From Nitrospira sp. (GTDB lineage: Bacteria; Nitrospirota; Nitrospiria; Nitrospirales; Nitrospiraceae), in the NCBI GenBank assembly GCA_018242725.1, contig JAFEBI010000006.1, positions 11,888 through 75,887 of the forward strand: a stretch of 64,000 bases of DNA, in the 5' to 3' direction. The position numbers were made by a program, and so were the translations under genes. Each line of letters starts with the position of its first letter. The stretch's first letter is position 1. The notes under the pieces were generated by a model. That model worked only from the letters and a program-made list of their open reading frames with translations, searched no databases and was not told where the DNA came from. Shown here piece by piece: positions 1 to 10,984 of the stretch.

Positions 1-25
1 CCAATGGGGATGAAATTCGCGCATG

Positions 26-99
26 GTTCCAACCGCCCGTTCGTGATGAGCCCTTCGATTAACTCAGGACAGGCTCGTCGAACCAGGCCGGAACTTTTT
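26..99 (+). terminator. Long imperfect hairpin followed by T5 (terminator-like palindromic element at window edge)
   Basis: Arms GTTCCAACCGCCCGTTCG..GAGCC and GGCTCGTCGAACCAGGCCGGAAC pair imperfectly. They are followed by TTTTT at 95-99. No CDS overlaps. Confidence 0.3.
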
Positions 100-325
100 G
101 ATATGGGTGCTGTGTTGTACGGTAGGTGATTCTTCTGGCAAATCGATGCGACTTCAGTACTTCCAGGAAAGTTGTTGATCATCAAGGATAGATCCACAAG
201 TCATGGGAAGAGTTCCTGGCGCTACCCTGGAAAATTTCAGTTGGTCATGATAAACGAGGCGCAATTGCATCCACGAATTCCCAAGTACTGAGAAAACGGT
301 TTGATATACCAAGGAGGGATTCATC

Positions 326-1165
326 ATGGCACTTTATGCGTTTGACGGCACGTGGAATGACGATGAAGCAGATGAAGCCAAGGAGACCAATGTTCTCCAA
401 TTTCGCAAATGCCTGTCTCCTGGTACGAATGCCTTCTACCTAGAAGGAGTCGGAACGCGGCTGGGGTTTATTGGCAAGCTCCTCGGTGGAGTTACCGGGG
501 CGGGTGGGCATTTTCGGATTCACGAAGCGAAGCAACAATTGGACCAGTACTTTGCGCAAGGAGATCGTACAGTCGACATTATCGGGTTTAGCCGAGGGGC
601 GGCCTTGGCGCTGCATTTTGCCAATCAGGTGCAGAAGGAGCAGCCTGGAGCCGATGTCCGCTTTCTCGGGCTCTGGGATACAGTCGCCTCTTTCGGCCTT
701 CCAGGGAATGACTTGAATATTGGCTGGGATCTGACTTTACCGGATTACGTCAAACATTGTTACCATGCGATGGCACTGGACGAGCGACGACGAAACTTTA
801 CTCCGACCCGGATCGTTTCCAGAAAAGGTGGAGTACTCGGAGATCGACTTCAGGAAGTGTGGTTCCGCGGAGTCCATTCTGATGTGGGGGGAGGGCAGTC
901 CCTGGGTCTCTCGAACATTGCTCTCTGCTGGATGCTCCGGCGAGCGGAGAAATCGGGACTTCCTGTGGACGAGGCAAAGTTACAGGCCCATGTGGCCTCG
1001 TGTGATCCGGAGGCCCCGATTTCTAAAAATTTTGATCCAAAGAAAGATCCGCAGCGCACGATTCTTCCAGGCGATTGCGTGCATGAATCGGTGAAACCGC
1101 GAGGGAATCAAGGGGGGAACACACACAATGACCCTCCACCTGGGGTGCGTATCATTCATGGGTAG
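326..1165 (+). CDS. DUF2235 / Tle1-like alpha/beta hydrolase (putative phospholipase), short form
   Basis: Carries the ordered motif series of the family: FDGTWN at the N-terminus, GFSRGA nucleophile elbow, LWDTVASFG, HAMALDERRRNF, VWFRGVHSDVGGG. AAGGAGGG RBS 7 nt upstream of ATG. Confidence 0.8.
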   Translation: MALYAFDGTWNDDEADEAKETNVLQFRKCLSPGTNAFYLEGVGTRLGFIGKLLGGVTGAGGHFRIHEAKQQLDQYFAQGDRTVDIIGFSRGAALALHFANQVQKEQPGADVRFLGLWDTVASFGLPGNDLNIGWDLTLPDYVKHCYHAMALDERRRNFTPTRIVSRKGGVLGDRLQEVWFRGVHSDVGGGQSLGLSNIALCWMLRRAEKSGLPVDEAKLQAHVASCDPEAPISKNFDPKKDPQRTILPGDCVHESVKPRGNQGGNTHNDPPPGVRIIHG

Positions 1166-1278
1166 AGTAGAACGGCATCAGATGAACAGGACGTGGGTTC
1201 ATGATGCAGTGATTCGGTCAATGACATGGCCATCGTTCGCAATCGATGAGAGGATTGCGAACGTAACCAGGAGGGCAC

Positions 1279-1599
1279 ATGATTCTGTCGACGACGAATA
1301 ATATCGAGGGCAGAAAGACCGTGAAATATTTAGGATTGGTGTCTGGCGACGCGATCCTCGGCGCGAATGTGTTTCGTGACTTCTTCGCGTCGATTAGGGA
1401 TATCGTCGGAGGCCGCTCGGCCGGTTATGAAAAAGAACTCCGGAAGGCCAAGGCGATTGCGCTCGAAGAAATGGAGGCACAGGCCAAAAATCTGGGAGCC
1501 AATGCGATTCTCGGAATCGATATCGACTATGAGACCATCGGTGCCAACAGTAGTATGTTGATGGTCAGTGCGAATGGGACGGCGGTCGTGCTCGAGTAG
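1279..1599 (+). CDS. YbjQ/UPF0145 family protein
   Basis: 106-aa protein with full-length YbjQ-type pattern ([17 protein letters not shown]....[26 protein letters not shown]). AGGAGG RBS. Confidence 0.8.
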   Translation: MILSTTNNIEGRKTVKYLGLVSGDAILGANVFRDFFASIRDIVGGRSAGYEKELRKAKAIALEEMEAQAKNLGANAILGIDIDYETIGANSSMLMVSANGTAVVLE

Positions 1600-1946
1600 C
1601 GGGAGGCCGAAAATACTTGCCAGGGTCGTTTTTGTATCGTTCAGAACTTCAACGTACCCGAGCGCGAACGCCGAAGCCTTTCACTCGCTGCAGTCTTAAC
1701 AGTGGAAGGGCCGAGCTTCGGCGTGTCGGGGTTGGGTGGGTGAAAACAGGATCCATTTTGAGTCTCCTTCGGGAGAGGCGGCCTTCGACAAGCAGCAAAT
1801 GCCGGCTCAAATGCTGCTCAAATATGACTCTCAGTTCCACAGTGGATACAACGCTGTAGCGCTATTCAAGTGGATCTTGCTGCAGAGTCATGCGCAATCA
1901 TGGATTCTCCGGCAAGCCGGAGTTCTGATGAACGAAGTCTGGGCAG

Positions 1947-2291
1947 CTAGCGCAGCATTATCTTCACCAGCCCCACGCATCCCAGATAGAGGGCGAGCGA
2001 TCCGCCCATCGCCGGCCAGAAGCCAAGGCGTGGAATGCCCAGGATCATGGCCGTGACATAAACAATCCAGGGGGGAACGAACCACATCAAGTTCTTGGCA
2101 TAGTCGACGGTTGTTGCGCCGCCGCTATTCATGTAGAGCAGGATGAAGGTGGCGGCGGTGATGGCGGGAAAGGTGCTGGCCATAGCGGCAAGGAATGAGT
2201 TCCCTTTGGCACCGAGGTAGGTGGACAAACTGACGATCGTACCCCCCAGCAGAAAGTAGACCGCATACTTTACGAGATCACCCACCGACAA
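1947..2291 (-). CDS. Small multi-pass membrane protein (DUF3147/GlpM-like)
   Basis: 114 aa with four hydrophobic segments. The family assignment rests on weak recall of GlpM-like sequences. Confidence 0.5.
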   Translation of the reverse strand: MSVGDLVKYAVYFLLGGTIVSLSTYLGAKGNSFLAAMASTFPAITAATFILLYMNSGGATTVDYAKNLMWFVPPWIVYVTAMILGIPRLGFWPAMGGSLALYLGCVGLVKIMLR

Positions 2292-2408
2292 TCCTCCTCA
2301 TGTTTTCTGAAACGCTTTGATCGTTCGATTGGCTCAGCCACCACATGATAGCGGTCTCCGGCCTTTTCTACACCATAATCCTAATCGGGTGTTTTGTACC
2401 AGCCGACT

Positions 2409-3116
2409 TTATCCGATCGCGGTTCTGACAGCACTGTACATCACGATCACTTCGACGGCGTGGGCCACAATCGTGATCCAGAGGTTGCGGGTTTGGAGCC
2501 AGATCATTCCCCAGATGAGTCCGTCCCAGAGCGCGATCCAATGGAGATGCCGAAAGGTATTCACCATGAATGGGTCGAATGTAAATGTCAGCGTTGTTGC
2601 GAGCAGCGCCAGGGGAGCAAGCTGTTTCCGGGAGTGAGTCCCTCTCCATTGTCTTTCGTAATCAGCCAAGCGTCCCAAGAGGAATCCGCGAAAGTTGACC
2701 TCCACAAATAACGCGATGCAGCAGATGAACCAGGGGACCATCAGCAAGACAGGCAGTCGGGCGTGAGGGGTTTGTTTCAAAAAGGCGATGTCGTAGCCAA
2801 GTGAGGGGTAGACGGAGAGGATCATGACGGTATTGAGGCAGCCCAGGATCAGTCCTGTCAGCAGCCCCCACTTCAGCCCGACGATGACCTTCGCTCGTTC
2901 CAATCCCAGATGAGTCAAAACATCAGGTGTGCGCGAAGCCCAGAGGCCCATCGCCAGATAGGCCAACAGCTGCGGGGTGAATTGAGTCAGTAGCAGAGTT
3001 TGGAGGGAAGCAGGAAGGGTGTAATAGCCGAGCGTGGCTCCGACGGGGAGCAGCGCGAGTGCTGCTCCCCATTGAATCATGTGACTATGATCGAGCCGAG
3101 GGGGCTCGGGTGTCAT
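2409..3116 (-). CDS. CPBP family intramembrane metalloprotease (CAAX protease-like)
   Basis: Polytopic membrane protein with an E-x-x-F-R-G motif (FVEVNFRGFLLG) and a distal His motif (VAHAVEVIV). Start moved to the ATG at 3116, which abuts the stop of the upstream tolC-like gene. The longer ORF would overlap that gene by 134 nt. Confidence 0.7.
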   Translation of the reverse strand: MTPEPPRLDHSHMIQWGAALALLPVGATLGYYTLPASLQTLLLTQFTPQLLAYLAMGLWASRTPDVLTHLGLERAKVIVGLKWGLLTGLILGCLNTVMILSVYPSLGYDIAFLKQTPHARLPVLLMVPWFICCIALFVEVNFRGFLLGRLADYERQWRGTHSRKQLAPLALLATTLTFTFDPFMVNTFRHLHWIALWDGLIWGMIWLQTRNLWITIVAHAVEVIVMYSAVRTAIG

Positions 3117-3117
3117 G

Positions 3118-4683
3118 TTACGAGAGTTCGAGGTGATAGCGGTCCAACGTGGTCGCCTTGTGCCGAGACAAGTTGGATAAGGACTTATTGTAATCGACGA
3201 TCGCACGCAACTCGTTTCCCTGCGCGGTGGCGAGGTCGCGCTGGAACTCAAGGACGAAGCGCGTCGTGCTCAGTCCTACCTTCAGCCGTTCCTGCTCGGC
3301 CTGGAGTTGTTTCTCCGCCATGATGCGCGCGGACCGGGTGGTTTCGATTCGCTTAAAATCCGTCTGCACTCGGCGTACTGCTTCACGAATGCCGACGATG
3401 ATCTGCTGACGCACGTTCGCGAGGGCCACCTCGGCGTTTTGTGCTTCAAGCTTTCGCTTGCTGTAGGTGTTGATAGCGGCTCGGTTCCCGAGCGGATAGC
3501 TGAGCACCAGCCCGGCTCCATAGTTATAGAAGTCACCGCTGAAGTTTCTGGTGAAGGATTCGCTGTAGTCCCCGCCCAGGCCGGCAAGTCCGATTGTCCC
3601 TTGAAGCGAGAGCGTCGGAAGCAGTTGGTTACGCGCAAACTGCTTATTGAGTTCACCGGTTTCGACGCCTTTCTTGGCCTGTGTGATTTCAGGTCGTTGT
3701 TCGATCGCGGTATCGATGGCTTCCTGAAGACTCAGGGGTTCAAGGACGGTGACGGGAGGATCAGCCGGTGTGAGACGGACGTCTTGCCGAAGATCTTCCT
3801 CGCCGGGATTCAAAAGCCGCCGTAGCTGATCTTCTTGGTCGCGGATGGCTTTCTCGGCCACTAACACCTGCTCCACTCGCGAGGCCATTGCGGCTTCGGC
3901 TTGTAAGACATCGACGATCGACATGACCCCAGCCTTGGTTTTTGCTCGGTTGGCAGCCAAGAGTTCTTCGGCGGCTTTCAAGGCGGCTTGGGCGACCTTC
4001 AAGTTTTCATTGGCAAACACGACCTCCCAATAGGTTTGTTCCACCGAAGTGATGACGGTCATGACTCGATCTCGAAAAACATGTTGTTCGACGATCGCGT
4101 TGTTCTGAGCGACCTTGATGAACGTCTTGTTGACGGCAATTCCCGCATTCCTAAGCAGCGGTTGAGTGAAGGTGAACGCCAGTCCGCCCGTCCACGATGG
4201 ATTGAACAGAAATCCACGCGCGACGTTTTGGTTCACACTGTTTCGGGCCGGGCTATAGTTGATGTCGAAGTTGCCGCCGGTGATCAGGTTGGTTTGTGCA
4301 TCGACCGTCAGCGAATGACTCCGTTGGTCGAAGGTGGTGATCTGGTCGAGGACTCCTACGGTTCCTCCGAAGACGGGGCGGTTGAGCGGATTCACGGTTC
4401 GGTTGTATTGGCCGTTGATGCTCAGGTTTGGGTCGAACTTCGATTGTTCGATGATGATATCGGCCAGTCGACTTTCGCGATTCTGCCGGCTGATGCTGAT
4501 GTCGAGGTTGCTTTGCAGTGCGCGGACGGCCGCGTCGGCCAGAGAGATCGTTTCACGACGCTCCGTCGGGATCGGTTGAGTGATATCCAGCCCCCAACTT
4601 CTGTGCGGCGAAGAGAGACACGCCAATCCGGCGATCACAATGATCGTGAGACGATATCGGTAGAACGAGGATGCGCCATTCAT
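3118..4683 (-). CDS. TolC family outer-membrane efflux protein
   Basis: Signal peptide and two repeated coiled-coil/beta halves typical of TolC/OMF (LSLADAVRALQSNLDI.., ..ARNQLLPTLSLQG..). AAGGAG RBS 7 nt before the ATG at 4683. The ORF extends to 4743. Confidence 0.85.
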   Translation of the reverse strand: MNGASSFYRYRLTIIVIAGLACLSSPHRSWGLDITQPIPTERRETISLADAAVRALQSNLDISISRQNRESRLADIIIEQSKFDPNLSINGQYNRTVNPLNRPVFGGTVGVLDQITTFDQRSHSLTVDAQTNLITGGNFDINYSPARNSVNQNVARGFLFNPSWTGGLAFTFTQPLLRNAGIAVNKTFIKVAQNNAIVEQHVFRDRVMTVITSVEQTYWEVVFANENLKVAQAALKAAEELLAANRAKTKAGVMSIVDVLQAEAAMASRVEQVLVAEKAIRDQEDQLRRLLNPGEEDLRQDVRLTPADPPVTVLEPLSLQEAIDTAIEQRPEITQAKKGVETGELNKQFARNQLLPTLSLQGTIGLAGLGGDYSESFTRNFSGDFYNYGAGLVLSYPLGNRAAINTYSKRKLEAQNAEVALANVRQQIIVGIREAVRRVQTDFKRIETTRSARIMAEKQLQAEQERLKVGLSTTRFVLEFQRDLATAQGNELRAIVDYNKSLSNLSRHKATTLDRYHLELS

Positions 4684-4747
4684 AGATGTCTCCTTGATCA
4701 AGGTTGAAGGAAAGAGCATACTATAATCAGTTGGATGGTTCACGCCT

Positions 4748-5170
4748 ATGGATAATTGGAGTCATCGCTTACTAGATGTCAGGTCAGTGGGTGGATTGGT
4801 GTGTCTGCTGAGCATGAGCATCCTCTGCGCCGAGGGAACTGCTACGGCGCAGAATGCATCGAGTGTTCGGTCGTTCGCCGGAGGGGTTTCTCCGATGTTC
4901 AAGTTCGGCGGCGGTAGTCTCTACATTGATAACCAGGGAACGCAGGGATTTCTCTTCACGCCGGGACAGAATTTCCAATCGTACAACTTTCGCAATCCGA
5001 CTACGGGACAGGCGTGGAGCGGAGCCGTGATGACGTTCGGTCCGCAATTGTCCATTGGACTGATACAAGGGGCGAACCAGACCGGGAGTCCGACCGTTCT
5101 GCCGCCTCCACCTCGCCAGACGGATTTATTACCGCCGATTGAGTCGGAGTTGTTCGAACCATTTCCCTAA
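4748..5170 (+). CDS. Hypothetical secreted protein
   Basis: 140-aa ORF with an N-terminal hydrophobic signal-like segment and a Pro-rich C-terminus. No recognisable family. Confidence 0.4.
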   Translation: MDNWSHRLLDVRSVGGLVCLLSMSILCAEGTATAQNASSVRSFAGGVSPMFKFGGGSLYIDNQGTQGFLFTPGQNFQSYNFRNPTTGQAWSGAVMTFGPQLSIGLIQGANQTGSPTVLPPPPRQTDLLPPIESELFEPFP

Positions 5171-5238
5171 ACGCCTCTTGAAGCAAGTTCCTCGGTCTAT
5201 GGCCTGTGTGCCAATGGGGGTGCGGTGTGTCGGGTCGT

Positions 5239-6873
5239 TTACTGCGGTGACGGAGAGGTGCTCGTGGATTCCCCTTCCCTATCCGTTGAGCCATAGGCCA
5301 ACTGCCACGTCAGACCCAAGACGAATTGGGCGGTGATTTTGAGGATCTGGGGATCGACGGTGTCGGCGGTGTCAGTGGGTTGATGGAAGTGTGGGTGGAT
5401 ACCGCCACTGACGACGGTGATGGTCGGGACACCGGCTTCTTTGAACGGGACATGATCGCCGCCGGGGAAAAATCCGTAGAGATCCAGCTTCTCCTTCAGG
5501 CCGACAGACTGGCCAGCCGCTGATGCAATATCCCTCTCCATCCCTGTTACCCCGACAGTGAGCCGTCCGCTGCCGATTCCGGCATGGTCGATGTTGATCA
5601 TGGCTTTGGTGAGTGGGAGTGGCACGGCAGGGTGTGAGGTATACAGGCGGGAGCCGAGCATATCGCGTTCTTCTCCGCTGAACGAGACGAAGAGGATGGT
5701 TCGGGAAGGATATCTCTCAACTTTGGCGAGCGCCCGTGCCACCTCCAAGATGACCGCCGTTCCAGAGGCGTTGTCGTCGGCGCCGGGAAAGAGGATCCCT
5801 CCGGGACGGCCGAAGTGATCGCGATGGGCTCCGATGAGTACCGTCTCTGATCCTGTCCCAGGGATCATGCCGAGCACATTGATCAGCAACCCGTCATCGA
5901 TTGTTGTCTTCCACTGAAGCGAGGCAAATCGATCGGTCTTGGTTGCGTGTGATGAGGTTGTTTGGTTCAGACGTTCTTGAAGGACACGCAGGTGATCCGG
6001 ACCAGTGCCGTCTGATTCTTGGAGAAGCTCTTGTGCCAGAGCAGTACTGATCCAGGCGCCGGGAATCGCTTGTTCCTGTGGCAGTTGCCCATAGAAGGCG
6101 CTGGGACTCCCTGTGACGCCGCGACGGATTTCATAGGGATGGAGAAGGGGGCCCGTTGCCGTGAGATAGCCGATTGCTCCACGTTCTCGTGCATACCGTA
6201 CTTTGTCGGCATGGCTGATAGTCCGTGCGTAATGTTCCGGCTTGCCGCGTAGAAACAGCACGATGCAATGGTTCACGTCGACGCCGGCATAATCATCGAC
6301 ATTGTGAGTCGCATCGACGATGCCATATCCGACGAAGACGATCGGGGCGTGGATTTCCGCGGAGGGTGAATCAAAAATGGGGAGGTAGTCCACGCCAAGC
6401 GTTTTGGTGATCAGTTGATCGGTTGACCCGACTCGTACGATTGGATGCGGTGCGAGCACTGGAGTAGGAACCAGCGTCGCCATCGCCCCGGATGACGCAC
6501 CGTCCTTTCCGGTAAAGGAAGGAATGATCAGCGATCCATTGCGAATTCGTGTAAGCCGCAGGCCCGCTGAAAGAAACTCTTGCGTGACCCACCGCGCAGA
6601 CTCGAAATCGGCGCTCGTGCCGCTTTGCCTGCCGTTGAGCGCAGGGCCGCTGAGAGTTCGAATGTCAGCCAACATACGTTCTGGAGAGAGTGAGTCTAGG
6701 GAGGCTTGGAGAGCCGTTTCCGGTGCCTGTGCGAGAGTCATCCGAGGCTGCAGTAAGAAGGCTAAGAGAGCGCAGAGCACTATTGGTGCGAGCAACCGAT
6801 TGAGGCAGAGTGCGATAGCATTCATGATGGTATTTTGGCCACGGAGAGCAACGGTGGAATCCCGACGGATCAT
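5239..6873 (-). CDS. M28 family metallopeptidase (aminopeptidase) with PA domain
   Basis: Signal peptide. Shows LIGAHRDHFGR..GADDNASGTAVILEVARAL and SGEE..LGS metal-ligand motifs of M28. Alternative start at 6825 (MNAIAL..). Confidence 0.8.
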   Translation of the reverse strand: MIRRDSTVALRGQNTIMNAIALCLNRLLAPIVLCALLAFLLQPRMTLAQAPETALQASLDSLSPERMLADIRTLSGPALNGRQSGTSADFESARWVTQEFLSAGLRLTRIRNGSLIIPSFTGKDGASSGAMATLVPTPVLAPHPIVRVGSTDQLITKTLGVDYLPIFDSPSAEIHAPIVFVGYGIVDATHNVDDYAGVDVNHCIVLFLRGKPEHYARTISHADKVRYARERGAIGYLTATGPLLHPYEIRRGVTGSPSAFYGQLPQEQAIPGAWISTALAQELLQESDGTGPDHLRVLQERLNQTTSSHATKTDRFASLQWKTTIDDGLLINVLGMIPGTGSETVLIGAHRDHFGRPGGILFPGADDNASGTAVILEVARALAKVERYPSRTILFVSFSGEERDMLGSRLYTSHPAVPLPLTKAMINIDHAGIGSGRLTVGVTGMERDIASAAGQSVGLKEKLDLYGFFPGGDHVPFKEAGVPTITVVSGGIHPHFHQPTDTADTVDPQILKITAQFVLGLTWQLAYGSTDREGESTSTSPSPQ

Positions 6874-7236
6874 AGCATGTGAAGAAGGCTGGTTGCAGAG
6901 CCGTACCGAGCCCAGGTACTATTCGTTCGAGTATCGGCAAAGATGGCGGTCCATGTTGTGAGGATGGAGATTCAGGATGGCAGGGGGTGAACAGGGAAAA
7001 GGACTATACGATCACTTGTACGGGCGGTTTTTTGAGGAGCGTCATACTCACGAGGGCTATTCTTTTCAGCAGGCTCCAGGGGGAAGCGCGGCGACTCCGA
7101 TGGTGGCGTTCAGGGAGAAACTGCGGTGGTGGACGTGGGATCGGTGGAAGCGTCGACGAACGATTCTTGCTGAGCGGGATCGGCTGCAAAGGGACATTCT
7201 TCAAATCAAGAAATCGGGGAGCTCCCAATAGGGCGC

Positions 7237-8034
7237 GTGGTGCTGAGGAGAATGGTCATTCATATGTCACCTCTCGGAAGACAATCGTTGGCAATGCTGG
7301 GCCTGGTGGTGGCTGGAGCGGTCCTTCTGATGGACTCGTCCCTGAGTTACGGCGTTCAACGCGAGACGCAGGAAGAAAAGGCCGCCAACCTGAAACAACA
7401 GGCGCGAGGTGGGCTCTTTCAGCAGTGGCTGTTCGACCAAGAGCCGCTCGGAGGGTTGCCTCATGGCTTTGCACAAGCGGTGTCCAGTGAGGAGCCGCTT
7501 GCCGAATGGGTCGTACAACAGCATCCTACGGCTCCCTCTCCTTCCCATGTCGTGGCCGCTGCGTCGAACTGTCGGCAACGCTGCTATCAAGTGTTGTTAG
7601 CCGAAGGGATGCAGTATGAATATCCTGATCTGAGTGTTCGGTTACATGCCGCTCCTGGAATTGGTGGAGCAGGCGGTGTGGTGGTCGGAGCACGTGATGC
7701 GAAAAACTTCTATGGTGCGATCGTGGATCTTGGCAAGCAACAAGTTCACTTCATTCGACTTTCCAGCGGAGTCGCAACGATTCTCGGGCAAGCGGCTATC
7801 AATCTGAAATCGGTGGACTGGCACACCCTCAGAGTGCAACGCAATACGATCATCAGCAAAGATTTCATTGAGGTGTTTGTGGATGGCACGCTCGTGCTCT
7901 CGATTGAGGACCAAACATTGGGGTTGGGGCAGGTGGGTTTCGTCGTGTCGGATCAGTCCACTATGTTGTTTGATAGCTTTCATGCGGTTCCGCTCTTTTC
8001 GCACCGGCCGCTTTCTCCTCCGCCAGCCTACTAG
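7237..8034 (+). CDS. Hypothetical secreted protein, LamG/DUF1080-like jelly-roll C-terminal domain
   Basis: Signal-like N-terminus. The C-terminal ~150 aa has a beta-rich pattern (FYGAIVDLGK..WHTLRVQR..IEVFVDGTLV..GQVGFVV) reminiscent of concanavalin-like domains. Family uncertain. Confidence 0.4.
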   Translation: MVLRRMVIHMSPLGRQSLAMLGLVVAGAVLLMDSSLSYGVQRETQEEKAANLKQQARGGLFQQWLFDQEPLGGLPHGFAQAVSSEEPLAEWVVQQHPTAPSPSHVVAAASNCRQRCYQVLLAEGMQYEYPDLSVRLHAAPGIGGAGGVVVGARDAKNFYGAIVDLGKQQVHFIRLSSGVATILGQAAINLKSVDWHTLRVQRNTIISKDFIEVFVDGTLVLSIEDQTLGLGQVGFVVSDQSTMLFDSFHAVPLFSHRPLSPPPAY

Positions 8035-8299
8035 GGCGATCCAATTGGCAATCAGAGTGATGCGTCAAACTTGCCTTTGTCGTTGTATCTGAGGTACGAT
8101 TAAAGTGTCGGCTTGTGAAAGGCCTGCGCAAGTTCGGCGCAGAAATTGATGAGGCCTGGATAGATGTTGTGTTGGGCCGGTCCGGGAATCTGATCGGAAG
8201 CCAGAGCTAAGTCGCCGTTGTGCTGACGTCTTCGGCCCATTCCTTCCTTGTTGTTTTCTCGAGTCCAAGACAACATCCTTGTGTCAAAGGAGGAGCCTG

Positions 8300-8599
8300 A
8301 TGGGTGCGAAGATTTATGTCGGTGGATTGCCGTATGCAACGACGGAGCAACAACTCAGTGATTTGTTTGGGGCGCATGGGGCCGTGGCATCGGCCCGGAT
8401 CATCACGGACAAGTTTACCGGGCAGTCTCGTGGGTTTGGATTTGTGGAAATGTCGTCCGACGCTGAAGCGCAGGCGGCAGTTGCGGCGTTAAACGGCACG
8501 CAACTTGGTGGACGTACATTGACCGTGAATGAAGCGCGTCCTCAAGAGCCGCGTTCCGGTGGCGGAGGCCGCGGCGGATTCGGCGGCGGTCGCGGTTAG
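8300..8599 (+). CDS. RRM-type RNA-binding protein with Gly/Arg-rich tail
   Basis: RNP2 (KIYVGGL) and RNP1 (RGFGFVEM) motifs, GGGGRGGFGGGRG tail. AAGGAGG RBS before the ATG at 8300. Confidence 0.9.
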   Translation: MGAKIYVGGLPYATTEQQLSDLFGAHGAVASARIITDKFTGQSRGFGFVEMSSDAEAQAAVAALNGTQLGGRTLTVNEARPQEPRSGGGGRGGFGGGRG

Positions 8600-8626
8600 T
8601 TCGAGATAGCCTTCGTTACTGATGAG

Positions 8627-8656
8627 GGGCTGCCGGAACTTCCGGCAGCCCTTTTT
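8627..8656 (+). terminator. Rho-independent terminator of the RRM gene
   Basis: Perfect 11-bp stem GGGCTGCCGGA/TCCGGCAGCCC, 3-nt loop, then TTTTT. Confidence 0.8.
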
Positions 8657-8729
8657 ACTTTCGAGACCTATGGTGGGAGTATCTTGGTGCTGATCGGGTA
8701 TTCAGCCCGTCGCATCACGGGAGGTTGTC

Positions 8730-10727
8730 ATGCCACCCTTTAAGCTCGATGCCCCCTTCAAGCCTTGTGGGGATCAGCCTGCCGCCATCGACAAGCTGAC
8801 GGCCGGAATCCAAGCAGGAACCAAGCATCAGGTTTTACTCGGCGTCACAGGATCAGGCAAGACATTTACGATGGCCAATCTTGTCGAACGTGTCCAGAAG
8901 CCGACGTTGGTGCTCGTGCACAACAAAACTCTCGCCGGGCAACTCTACCAGGAGTTCAAACAGTTTTTCCCCCATAACGCCGTCGAGTATTTTGTGAGTT
9001 ACTACGATTATTACCAACCGGAAGCGTATATTCCGCAGAGCGATACGTACATTGCCAAGGACTCCTCGATCAATGATGCCATTGATCAGATGCGTCACTC
9101 CGCCACGACAGAGCTGTTGCAACGCAACGATGTTCTGATTGTGTCCTCCGTCTCCTGTATTTATGGATTGGGGTCGCCGGAGGTCTATCATGACATGCTG
9201 ATTTATCTGGAGGTCGGTCTCGAAACGAGGCGTGACAAACTTTTGTCGAAATTGGTGGACATTCAATATGAACGCAATGATGTGGATTTTCATCGTGGAA
9301 CTTTTCGAGCGCGCGGAGATGTGATCGAAATTTTCCCTGCGTCGTCGGAAGCGAAATCCGTGCGCATCGAACTCTTCGGAGATATGGTCGATGCGATTCA
9401 TGAAATTGATCCGCTTACCGGAAAATCCTTGGCAAAGTTGCCAAAGGTTGCGATCTACCCGAATACCCACTATCTCATCGCGCCTGATCGCTATGAGCGG
9501 GCCATCACCGGAATTGAAGAGGAACTCGACGAGCGCGTTGCCTATTTCAGAAAATCCGGACGGCTGTTGGAGGCCCAACGGATTGAGCAGCGCACGAAGT
9601 TTGATCTCGAGATGGTCCGAGCGATGGGCTATTGTCACGGGATTGAAAACTACTCTCGACATCTCAGTGGAAGAAACCCTGGCCAGGCACCCCCCACGTT
9701 GCTGGATTACTTTCCAAAGGAGTTTCTGTTGATCGTCGATGAGTCTCACGCGACCATCCCTCAAGTCGGAGGCATGTATGAGGGAGATTTTTCACGGAAA
9801 CGGACTCTCGTGGAGTATGGATTCAGACTTCCGTCGGCCGTTGATAATCGGCCGTTAAAATTTGTGGAGTTCGAACACTGCCTCAATCAGGTCGTATATG
9901 TGTCGGCCACACCCGGCACCTACGAGCTCAGACATGCGGGGCATGAGGTCGTGGAGCAGATCGTTCGTCCGACAGGATTGATGGATCCGCATATCGAAGT
10001 CGTACCGGCCAAAGGGCAAGTTGACCACCTTCTAGGACAGGTCCGTGCAGAGGTGGCCAAGCGGGGAAGAGTGCTTGTGACAACCCTGACGAAGCGGATG
10101 GCGGAGGATTTGACGGAGTATTATCACGATTTGGGCGTGAAGGTTCGCTATCTCCATTCCGATATCAAAACGCTTGAGCGAGCTGAGATCATTCGTGATC
10201 TCCGGTGTGGAACGTTCGACGTCTTGGTCGGAATCAATTTACTGCGAGAGGGACTGGACCTTCCTGAGGTGAGCCTCGTTGCAATTCTGGATGCGGATAA
10301 GGAAGGTTACCTGCGTTCCTACCGCGCGTTGATCCAAACGGCCGGCCGGGCAGCACGCCATCTCGAAGGGCGGGTGATTTTTTACGGAGATGGCGTGACA
10401 GATTCGATGAAACAAGCCATTGACGAGACGAATCGTCGTCGTGGGATTCAGGCCGAGTATAACCGCGTCCACGGCATTACGCCGGTCGGTATTACGAAAG
10501 GGATCCCGTCTCTTGAGTACGCGGTCGCGGACCTTGATTACGTCCAGTTGCCGCTTGTCGCGGAATCCGATGCGGAATATGGAAGCGCAGAGTCAACCGA
10601 TCGCCTGATTCAGCGACTGGAGATCGAGATGAAAGCGGCTGCAAAGGAGCTGGCCTTCGAGCGGGCCGCAGAGTTGCGGAATCGGATCAGAGCGTTGCGA
10701 CTTCAGACGTTGCAGGTAAAGGATTAG
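8730..10727 (+). CDS. uvrB: Excinuclease ABC subunit B
   Basis: Full-length UvrB pattern: GDQP..I..L, Walker [13 protein letters not shown] box, C-terminal UVR domain ([14 protein letters not shown]). Confidence 0.97.
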   Translation: MPPFKLDAPFKPCGDQPAAIDKLTAGIQAGTKHQVLLGVTGSGKTFTMANLVERVQKPTLVLVHNKTLAGQLYQEFKQFFPHNAVEYFVSYYDYYQPEAYIPQSDTYIAKDSSINDAIDQMRHSATTELLQRNDVLIVSSVSCIYGLGSPEVYHDMLIYLEVGLETRRDKLLSKLVDIQYERNDVDFHRGTFRARGDVIEIFPASSEAKSVRIELFGDMVDAIHEIDPLTGKSLAKLPKVAIYPNTHYLIAPDRYERAITGIEEELDERVAYFRKSGRLLEAQRIEQRTKFDLEMVRAMGYCHGIENYSRHLSGRNPGQAPPTLLDYFPKEFLLIVDESHATIPQVGGMYEGDFSRKRTLVEYGFRLPSAVDNRPLKFVEFEHCLNQVVYVSATPGTYELRHAGHEVVEQIVRPTGLMDPHIEVVPAKGQVDHLLGQVRAEVAKRGRVLVTTLTKRMAEDLTEYYHDLGVKVRYLHSDIKTLERAEIIRDLRCGTFDVLVGINLLREGLDLPEVSLVAILDADKEGYLRSYRALIQTAGRAARHLEGRVIFYGDGVTDSMKQAIDETNRRRGIQAEYNRVHGITPVGITKGIPSLEYAVADLDYVQLPLVAESDAEYGSAESTDRLIQRLEIEMKAAAKELAFERAAELRNRIRALRLQTLQVKD

Positions 10728-10984
10728 ACGTGCTTGTAGAGATAGATGCCGACGAACATGCCGAGGACGCTCAAGATGTTGATTTTGAGGCTGAACCCTA
10801 ACACGAGTTTGATCAACACAAGATCCACGGTCAGGGGGGGATTAATGCCGGGCATAAAATGCGTTGAGAAAATACTTTGGATGGTGCCCTCAGGCGCCAT
10901 TACATGAAGAATCTCGCCGAGAATTCCGCCAAGCAGGCCTCCGATGATCACGAAAACGATCAAGATCCAGGGCGATTTCCGCAC
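10724..10984 (-). CDS. Small membrane protein (DUF4321-like)
   Basis: 86 aa with two hydrophobic helices ([20 protein letters not shown]..). Converges on uvrB with a 4-nt overlap. Confidence 0.5.
   Translation of the reverse strand: MRKSPWILIVFVIIGGLLGGILGEILHVMAPEGTIQSIFSTHFMPGINPPLTVDLVLIKLVLGFSLKINILSVLGMFVGIYLYKHV

Noticed and set aside
6977-7231. 84-aa Trp/Arg-rich ORF between the M28 peptidase and the 7237 gene.
   Set aside because: No RBS and no recognisable motif. It overlaps other similarly sized ORFs in both directions. Coding status cannot be supported from sequence alone.
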